Shown here: piece by piece, positions 38,394 to 47,600 of the stretch
Layout: every line of letters starts with the position of its first letter
Position numbering within the stretch: the first letter of the stretch is position 1
IMG/VR virus record: IMGVR_UViG_3300042868_009047
Length of the DNA stretch: 64,000 bases
Strand: one strand, 5' to 3'
Origin: a virus
Taxonomy: Duplodnaviria; Caudoviricetes
The notes under the pieces: generated by a model
What the model saw: the letters and a program-made list of their open reading frames with translations, nothing else
The model's database searches: none
What the model was told of the DNA's origin: nothing
Position numbers and translations under genes: made by a program

Positions 38394-41348
38394 TTATATT
38401 AATATTTTACTATATTTAGTTTGATCTTTAATTTTTTTATTAGGTATGAGACCTGGATTTATTGCATCAGTTTTAACTGATATAGCTAAAGCGTTTGAAT
38501 TTTCTTTATTGGTCGAAACTTTATTGTCTATTTTAAAATCTAATGGGTATGATTCCACATCCACATCAAATGATTGAAGATAACCACTTGTATTTTTAGT
38601 TGGTTTAGTATAATTAGCTTTAATTTCTGCCGCCAGTGTACTTAGGTTAGGGTCATTACCTTCAATCTGATCATGCATGTTTAAACCGTTAAAAAACACA
38701 GCATGTAATCTTTCTGGTGTGTTGGGGTTTTTACGACTCTTATATTCTAAAGGGTCATAATCATATAATGTTTTAAACGTTTCTAAATTCGTTGCGCTAT
38801 TAATGTACCCCTCTATTTTTTGTTTGGTCATATTTAACTCAGTAATAGTATATTGCTTATTCAATAATTGTGTTATTTGTACAATTACGTTATTAATGTT
38901 ATTAACAAGTCCAGTTGAATTTGTATCGCTACCCGCCATTGTTCTTGCAAAAGCATCGTAATATGTTTCTGTTGTACCAGCAGCTGTTTTTATTTTATTA
39001 TTTATATTGGTATAAAAAACACTAAGACTTGTTTTATCAGCATTTCTAACCGAATCCTCTAACATTGAAAATTCATGTGTGGCCAACATGTCAATTAATT
39101 TTGGGTTTATTTTCTCTGTTTCAGTATTTGCAAAACCAGAAAATAACATCAATTTATCAACAAACTCATAAACTGTTTCGATTGGGGTTTGTTGTGTATC
39201 GTAAGGGTTAAGATTGTTTATGACCAATAACGATGATATCAACCCTTTAATTTGATTACTAGCGGTTAAAACCGTTTGATTTCTTAAATTTTCATAGTAT
39301 ATTTGTGTTTGGTTATCGTATGGGTCGATATTGTTAATATTCTCACCACCATACACAGTTTTCATTCTTGTTAGTGCACGAAAAATTTCCTCGGTAAACT
39401 GAACCTCAAACCAATGTTTTGTATTTTTATTCCCAGGGTATGTTTTTTTAAAAACGTATGTATTACTTTCAATATCCAATTCTTTTTGAAAATAATTTGG
39501 GAATGGGTAGAATTTTTTTATGTCTGGGTTATCAATATCGATTTCATACTCACCAAAAAGTGATTGCATTTTTTCCCTACTATCATCATCTTTAATTTGC
39601 CTAAATGAGTTTAATGCCGATAGATTTAATAATGTTAAGAATACTTGCATGTTATTCATTAAAATACGAATAACATTGTCAATATTAGGTACAAAACCTA
39701 TTTTTTCTTTTAAATTAAAAAATAACTGATCTTCAGTAACAGAATCTGCTTTTTCAAAAAAATTAATAAGATTTTTAATTATAATTTTATGTATCTTTTT
39801 AAAAAACACCTCACTAAAATACACATTTTTAAGGCTGTCACTATCCCTCAATGAAGTGTTATTAAACAGTATTAAATCATCATTAAAAATAGTTTTTAAA
39901 TTACTGCTATTTAGTTTTTGTATATATGAAGTTTCGTTTTTAAAACCTTTAGCTGCTGTCAACTCTAACTTAATATCATTAATAATATTTTGTTTTAAAT
40001 TAACGTTTACACCTTCAGATGTTTTATAATCGCTACCCGAAAACTTTTCCAGCTCTATAGTGACTGTTTCAGAATACTCTCTTATTAAAAGATACGGATC
40101 AATTTTATTGGCGCCAGTCTCATTAGCCATTGTTTGGTTAGATAGATTGGCAACGGATCCATTATTTAACCTAGACAAAAGATTTTCATTAAGGTAATAA
40201 TCACCAGTGTTTCTTTTATCTTGTACTAATTTTTTTCCCCACACTGGTATTTCTTTTCTTATTGCCTGATCAAATTTTTCTTCTAATTTAGCGTATACTT
40301 CTAAAGCTACCCCCCTATCTTTATTTGTTTCATTTAATTCATTCGCATAAGCCAATTCATTTTTATTTAGAACACTACTTGTTCTAATCATATCTAATAT
40401 TGATGGGTATTTTACAAATTGGTGTTTTTTAAACTCATTTATACTTTTTTCATTTGGTCCAGTTACAACCCAATTACCATCAACAAATTTGGCTGTTACA
40501 CCATATTTTTTTTCATATTTTTTGTTTTGTTTTTGGTACAACCCTTTTAATAATCTTTTACCGAGATAATCACCACTATTTGCATCACCAATTTGATACA
40601 TGTAAGGTGCTAAGTAAGCATATACCATTAAAAAGTTATTGTATATTGAAAACGTTCTTGATAAGAATTCAGCTCTAATTATGTAATTACCCGTTGATGA
40701 GTCAAAAGTTGTTGACGTTTTTGTCATTGACAAAGGATATTCAATACCTTTACCGTAATAACCTTTTATCGTTAAACTAAATAAAGGATACGGGAACCTA
40801 TAAAAAATATTATATGGGTTTGTTGGGTCATTACCTCTCTCAAGCAATGTTCTACCCTGTACGTCAACGAATTCTATTTTTATGATAGGTGTCATCGATG
40901 CGTTATGAGAAACGTCAATGCTTGTTATACCAAATGTTTCTGGGTCAAAGAAACCTTCCTGATCACTATTTGTTGTAAAAAAATCACTCCAGTCTGTTGT
41001 AAAAACACCCTTATTTCTTTTTTTAGAAAAATCTATAGTACCATCATTATTTTTTACAGCTCTTTCTAAAGGGTTCATAAAATTAACCCCTATTTGACCA
41101 ATAGTAATAATTTTAGATTTTTCCCCATCACCATTATTTACAATAGCGCTGTCAGGGTTTAAACGAGCGGTAAGATTTGCGTACATTACAAGATCTTCCT
41201 GTTTAACATATCTAGGAATAATATTGTTATCGCTATTAATTACCTTATTTGGGTCAACTACAAAAATCCCATTAGGTATGGAACTATTTGCTTCAGTTGA
41301 TCTTTTACCAAAACTGGATAGTATTTTTTCATCATACGTATTAGCCAT
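38394..41348 (-). CDS. Putative baseplate hub protein (N-terminal part)
   Basis: FGITSIDVS...PIIKIEFVDVQG...FPYPLFSLTIKGYYG; lies between the LysM/gp53-like gene and the lysin-hub gene, where gp27-like hubs normally sit. Confidence 0.5.
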   Translation of the reverse strand: MANTYDEKILSSFGKRSTEANSSIPNGIFVVDPNKVINSDNNIIPRYVKQEDLVMYANLTARLNPDSAIVNNGDGEKSKIITIGQIGVNFMNPLERAVKNNDGTIDFSKKRNKGVFTTDWSDFFTTNSDQEGFFDPETFGITSIDVSHNASMTPIIKIEFVDVQGRTLLERGNDPTNPYNIFYRFPYPLFSLTIKGYYGKGIEYPLSMTKTSTTFDSSTGNYIIRAEFLSRTFSIYNNFLMVYAYLAPYMYQIGDANSGDYLGKRLLKGLYQKQNKKYEKKYGVTAKFVDGNWVVTGPNEKSINEFKKHQFVKYPSILDMIRTSSVLNKNELAYANELNETNKDRGVALEVYAKLEEKFDQAIRKEIPVWGKKLVQDKRNTGDYYLNENLLSRLNNGSVANLSNQTMANETGANKIDPYLLIREYSETVTIELEKFSGSDYKTSEGVNVNLKQNIINDIKLELTAAKGFKNETSYIQKLNSSNLKTIFNDDLILFNNTSLRDSDSLKNVYFSEVFFKKIHKIIIKNLINFFEKADSVTEDQLFFNLKEKIGFVPNIDNVIRILMNNMQVFLTLLNLSALNSFRQIKDDDSREKMQSLFGEYEIDIDNPDIKKFYPFPNYFQKELDIESNTYVFKKTYPGNKNTKHWFEVQFTEEIFRALTRMKTVYGGENINNIDPYDNQTQIYYENLRNQTVLTASNQIKGLISSLLVINNLNPYDTQQTPIETVYEFVDKLMLFSGFANTETEKINPKLIDMLATHEFSMLEDSVRNADKTSLSVFYTNINNKIKTAAGTTETYYDAFARTMAGSDTNSTGLVNNINNVIVQITQLLNKQYTITELNMTKQKIEGYINSATNLETFKTLYDYDPLEYKSRKNPNTPERLHAVFFNGLNMHDQIEGNDPNLSTLAAEIKANYTKPTKNTSGYLQSFDVDVESYPLDFKIDNKVSTNKENSNALAISVKTDAINPGLIPNKKIKDQTKYSKILI

Positions 41349-41658
41349 AATATTCTACCCTGTTTTTTAATTTTGTTTCATATTCCTTTAAAGTATCTTG
41401 CAAAGGGTAAGGTATTCTAAGTGTTGTGTTGTCGGGTATTTCCCATTCACTAGGTGCCACATCTGGGTTCGCCATTAAAATTAACCAACCATAATATGGT
41501 GCAGAATAATATTGTTGACTAATTTTATCCAACCTACTTTTACCCGTATTATAAACAGTGAATAAATCGGTTGTTTTTTCAATCAATTTAATAAACGGTG
41601 GGGATATGTGCTTTGAATCACTATCTAACGTTTTATATCTATTAAAATATCTAGCCAT
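41341..41658 (-). CDS. LysM / T4 gp53 / P2 gpX-like baseplate protein
   Basis: RLDKISQQYY..PYYGWLILMANP...LRIPYP. Confidence 0.8.
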   Translation of the reverse strand: MARYFNRYKTLDSDSKHISPPFIKLIEKTTDLFTVYNTGKSRLDKISQQYYSAPYYGWLILMANPDVAPSEWEIPDNTTLRIPYPLQDTLKEYETKLKNRVEYYG

Positions 41659-41666
41659 ATCAATAA

Positions 41667-44600
41667 TTAATTATAAAGCTCTGGGTAAAGCATTGCCAAT
41701 TGTGTTTCGGTGTTTACTTTAATCGATTCAGCCTCGTTTGTTGAACATATATTAATAATAGGTTCATTTTTATATTTTGTAAAGAGTTTTAAGTTTTTAA
41801 TGATCGTACTGTCTAGTTTACTTGTCTCCCTGAATGTAACCGTATAATCGTCAAAATTACCCTTAATTAACTTATTTTTTATTTCAAATTTGTCTAATAC
41901 TTTAGCTGAATTATTAACACCAAAAATATTTTTATTTATATTTTTTATGGTGTTATCATTCAGGTTTGATGTATAGCTAAGCACATCAGCCAAATCAGAG
42001 TCGTATTTTTTAACAAAAGTTTCAATAAGTTTGAACGCCCCCTCAATTGATTTTTTAATTTTAACCGTTTGGTCTTTTTTGTATTTATCAACCCTTATTG
42101 GGTTATTCTTAATACTTGCTGGTGGGTTGATACCAGTTTTTTCTATTTTAGCCATAATAGCTTCAATATGAACTGATTTACTCACATATAAGTTATATAA
42201 AAATTCTATAAATAAAACATCTTGCATTGCTGACATTTTTACGGTTTCACCATATGTTATACCAGTTGTTGTACCGCTTGTAGATCCACTGACAAATCCG
42301 TTTAATTTAAACTTTTGCTGATCTGGTAGTGAATTTACGTATTCCTCTGTTATGGTATAATCATACATCATTAAAGTATTAAGATTTTTTAATTGTGTAT
42401 TTAATGTAGTCCCTGTTAAATTAGGGTTATTTTCGTTAAATAAATAATAATTTATATCTTTTATAAAGCTATTTTGTGAATTGGTTTTCTTATTTAAACC
42501 GTAGTAAAATAAAACATCTGAGGTTGTTACACCACTTGTTGAACCCGTTGGGTTTAAAGTTACACCAGTTAAACTATTAATTTGTAAATCAAGCTCATAG
42601 TTTGGTGTATAAACTAAATCAATATCATTGTTTTTAGTTTCAGACTCATCTGATAACATAAACTCTAAAGTTTTATTACTAAAATCTAACAACTCATAAT
42701 TAATTTTTTCAAACGTGTATTTCATTTGATACTCACCTTGTTGGTAAACATTATTTGCTGTATTATTTACAATATTACTACTATCTCTACTAACCAATGC
42801 GTATGATGTTGTTTCCAAAGATCTAGCGCTTGAGCTAGTACCATACTCATAAGGGTTAAGTGAGAAATTCTCGTCTGTTGGGTTTCCGCTTACCGCTGGA
42901 TTTATTTGACCAAATTTAAAGGTGTTTGCTGTTGAAATTGACGCTGTTAAATTATTATTCGTTGGTAAGAAATTATCAAAATCATATTGATTTGGTAAAT
43001 CACCAACAGTGGTATAACCAAACACTTTACTAATATAGGTCATATTTCTTACATACTCTTTAATAACACTATCAGATGTTGTGTTATTTAAATTGTTTTT
43101 AAGTTGTTTAAAGAAATACATACCGTTACCAAGTGATGCGTATTTATTTATTGTGAAACCACTTGTTTGAATACCGTTCGCTTCAGTTAAAATACCATAA
43201 ACATCACTTAAACTAATTAATTCACCACCATCTATCGATAGTTTTTTGTATTTTTCGTATGGGTTGTAACCAAACATGGTACTACCAGTAACTGGTGTGC
43301 TTAATTTTTTAGCGTTAGGTATTACTTCGTATAATTTAGCCCTACCTTCTGAAAGCGTTGCATCGTAACCATACAATGGTAACGATAAACCAGCCAATAT
43401 AACCGACATTCTTGCGATTGAATCGTTTAACGCTGTTATTGTTGAATCGGTGTCAGAATCTCTCTTAGAATAGAATGAAACAAATTGTGTATCAATATAA
43501 CTAGTAAAATCTTTTATGTGACTAGTTTCCAGATTTTTATAAAAGTTTTTAAACCCTTTTAAATTATCTGTTGTATCAAACCAAAAACCTAACGTGTTTG
43601 TCGCAATTTTTGTTCTAAACTCATTGACAAAATTAGATTCAATATCCTTATATATTTTTATACCGTTTGTGTCTCTAAAGAAAATACCACCAGTTTCAGA
43701 ATTACCATCTACATTGTTTGTATAACCGTTTGTAAAGTTACCTTGGAAATATTTGCTACTTCTACCGTTATTAGTTGCACCTGTTAAAGCTGTGAAATTA
43801 TAAGGTAAACCTTTACCGTCACCAATTTTAAACATGTACTCTTGTGGATGTAAATTTAATTTTAAAGCCTCAAAAGGTTCTTCTTTATTATTATTTTTAC
43901 TTAAAAAGAATGGGTGATATTTAAACACATCACCAAGTCCAATATATCTTCTTTCATTAGCAACGGTGTTAAAAATTTCGGAATAAGTTAAACCACTAAG
44001 ATTTGTGTTTGGTAATGTTGTACCAGATATATTACCGATTATTTCACTAATGGTTGTACCAGTAGTTGATAAAGGTTTTTTATAGTTTTTATTTTTTAAT
44101 ACGTTATTAATTACCTTATATTTACCAATTGTTTTGTCTTCGGTTTTACCTATGTAATTAGCAAAATTATTTACATAATCACCAAAGCTATAATACAACT
44201 CACTAAATAGGTCATAATATTGTATATCATATCTTTGTAAGTATAATCTACCGTATTCTTGTCTAAATGCAAATTCACCAAAATTAGAGTGGTCTATTGC
44301 TGTCCAAGTTGCTGTGTCTGTTGGTAATGTTTTAGTATATAAACCATCTGCTATCGGGTATTTTACGTTTTTTCTAACATAGTATTGACCTTGGTATGTA
44401 ACACATGTTTCCGCTATGTACTCTTTTGTTAGGTCAAATGTTGCTGCACCAGTTAAATTATGGTAATACGTACCACCAGCCAATTTTGGTAACAATCTCT
44501 CACTAATAACCCCAATAGTACCATAAGGTATTGGTAAACCTTCTGTTGAAGGTGTTATTAACTCAGCTGCCGCAACGATTGGTATTAAATCCAACGAATT

Positions 44601-47600
44601 TTCAGCAAAGAAATCTTGTTCAAGATTTATTAAGTCCCTTTCTCTTCTATCTGTATTAGCAAATGTTCTTTCATCGTAAACATCTGTGTTACCGTAATAG
44701 TTAAATGTTAATGCATTCTGTAATTGATCAACGTATCTTCTTAAACCTTGTCCACCAATATATTTAAATGAAATATTAACTTTTGCTAGCATTGGTTGTA
44801 CACCAATACCTTCAGGGTTTAAATCCCATAATAATGGATCATAACTAATATTTAAACTATTAATGATGATTTTTGTGTGGTAAAAATCTCCGATTCTTAA
44901 AACAGATACAGGTGGTCTACCAAACGCTGTATTCTTAGCGTCACAGCCAGAAACACCAACGTCCTTAGTGATTGTATCACCAGGTCTCATACATTGCTGT
45001 AAAAAGGTTAATCTAGCGTTTAACCCTTCAGGTGTCATTGCATGGAATGCTGGGCTAAAATATTTTAATTTTTGTTTTAAACTATCAAAAATAATTGGTG
45101 ACTCTTTTGACAAATATTCAAAATAATCACATTCTGTTAATAATTTATTAAGTATTCTTTGTGCAATCTCTCTTTTTGTTACATTGGTTGTTGGGACCTG
45201 CTCTTCAACATATAATGGTGGTGTTTCACCTGGCGGATTTTTTCTTTCCAATGGGATTTCCTTCGGTATTAACTTTGCTTCAATCTCAACCCTTCTCGCA
45301 AATGATGCAATTGGGGACAAGCTACCACAAATAACGTCCGCTTCTCTGGTCTCTGGTCGCTTTCCATTGCTTAGTATAGCTACACAAGTACCAATATATT
45401 TACTTTTTATTGGTGTTGTAATACCTTTTGGTACAGAAGGTATAAAAGTAGTTTCATCAGGTGACCCAGCTACTATAAGTTTATTAAACTCATCATATGT
45501 TTTAACCATATAATAAGTTTCATTAGCACCATAACTTATAGGAAAATACTCAACACCAGAGGTTGCTCCTGTAAGTGGTCTACCGAATAAACTAGTATAC
45601 TGATTCCTATCCCGAATAACATCAACTGGGGTGGTTGATTCTGGATTTTTTTGAAATAAATCATTAATATCTTGGCCTCTTGAAACAATATTAAAACTAA
45701 TTTCTTGTCTTGAATTAAGGTCACCCCTTAATATTGTAATTGATTTAGATATTTCTAAATCACCATGTAATTTATCAACATCCTCTACTGATTTTATTTC
45801 TTGGTTACCTAATGTATAACATTTAATTTCACCATTATCACCAGGAGATTTCAGTACATTAAGTATTAACCATTTTGTAACTGAAACAAATCTTCTTGAC
45901 GCTAATTTATTGTTATACTCTTTTAGTGCTGCATCATTGCTACCAGGTGCTGAAGGTGATGCATGCGCAACCATTGCAAATCTTAGGTTATAGTCTTTAA
46001 CACTAGCATATTTGTCTGCTGAATATTCTAAAGCAATGCTTTCATACTGTTGTTCATACCCATATGATTCTTTATCATATTTTACCCTATCTTTTGTAAA
46101 GAAATGTTGGTTATCTGCTGGTGCATTTTCACCTATAGTATAATCATATCTAATCCAATTCGTTCTTCCAGATTCACTTAAACCAGAGTTACCACCTACA
46201 GCTAATTCTTGAAACTCTGAATTTTGATTCAGATTTTTACCTCTAGCTAAATTAGCGTATATATTGTAATATGTATCATACCCAGCCACATTAAAAGGTG
46301 TTAGAGGGTTTTTATAAGAATCTTTAGGTAATGGTATATCGTTTTCGAAAAATAAATCAAATTTAGTTAATGGTACTATCTGAAGCCTTGGTGTTTCAAT
46401 TTTAACACCTTCTTGTTGGAAACTACCTGATGACTCAACTTTACTTCTAATTTTATCATTTGGTAATCTAATATCTAAATCTGATATAACCTTTTTAAAA
46501 TACTCAATATCACTATCACTAAATACACCCCAAATTCTAGCCAATTCAAAAATGTCGTAATCCAAACAACCAGCCCAGAAAGCCGCCAATAATTCATCAA
46601 CTTCACCATCTGTTAAAGCTGCAAATTCTTTATCCACCAATAAGTTCATTATTGTTGGGTGATCGACAACAATATCCCAAGATAATGTTCCAGATCTTTC
46701 GGTGTTGTTATATGTATATATTGCCTCTGGTCTACCTAAGAATTGGTGTGTTGTCCAGTTTGTTGTTGTATCGTCTGTAAATCTTATGTTATATGGTGGG
46801 AACCACATAATTCTACCACCGTTAGAACCTTTTTCACAAGGTGGTAATTCGTTAAACTGTGCAGAATCTCTCCAAGCTAAGTTCTCAAGTGAGAACATAT
46901 ATTTTCTAGCTCTTTTTTCACCAAAAGCTTCAACAACAGCGTCACCCAATCCATCGCCTAATCTACCGTAACCTTCGTTAACGTTAAGTGCTGATGGGTG
47001 TATATTTAAGTTTCCGTATCTATCCAATACAGAGTTTCTTTCTTTTCTATTTAATTCTTTCCATCTAATAAGATCTGTTATTTTTGAGAATGGTTTTGCT
47101 TTTGTCCAAGCTCTACATAACTCAACCTCATTATACATTCTATTATCATCTCTTTTACCACCTTTATCTAAACCTGGTACTAAATAGTTATAACCCGTAA
47201 CTTCACCCTTTTTGTTTTTTCTTTCAACTTTAAAAGGTGTTATCACACCAGAACTTTTTGGTGCAAAACTATAACCATCAAAAAATTTAGTTTTAGTTTG
47301 GTCGATAGATCTAATCGCTTCATTTCTTTCACCTGCTTCCAATAATTTCTGTGTAACATCTAGTATTGAGCAATCTCTAAAACGATTTGTAGAATTGTTT
47401 GATAAACTATTTTGGTTTTTAATCCTACTATCCCAGTTGTCAATTGTTGATTGTTGATTTACTGGATCCATAAAACGTTCATTGGTCGCACCTCTCCAAA
47501 TAAATGAAGTTTGTACTGACCCATATTTTGAAACATCCTCAACACCTGGTTCAGTGTAATAATTTTCAGTACCATCTTCACCTATTCTAATGGCTCTGGT

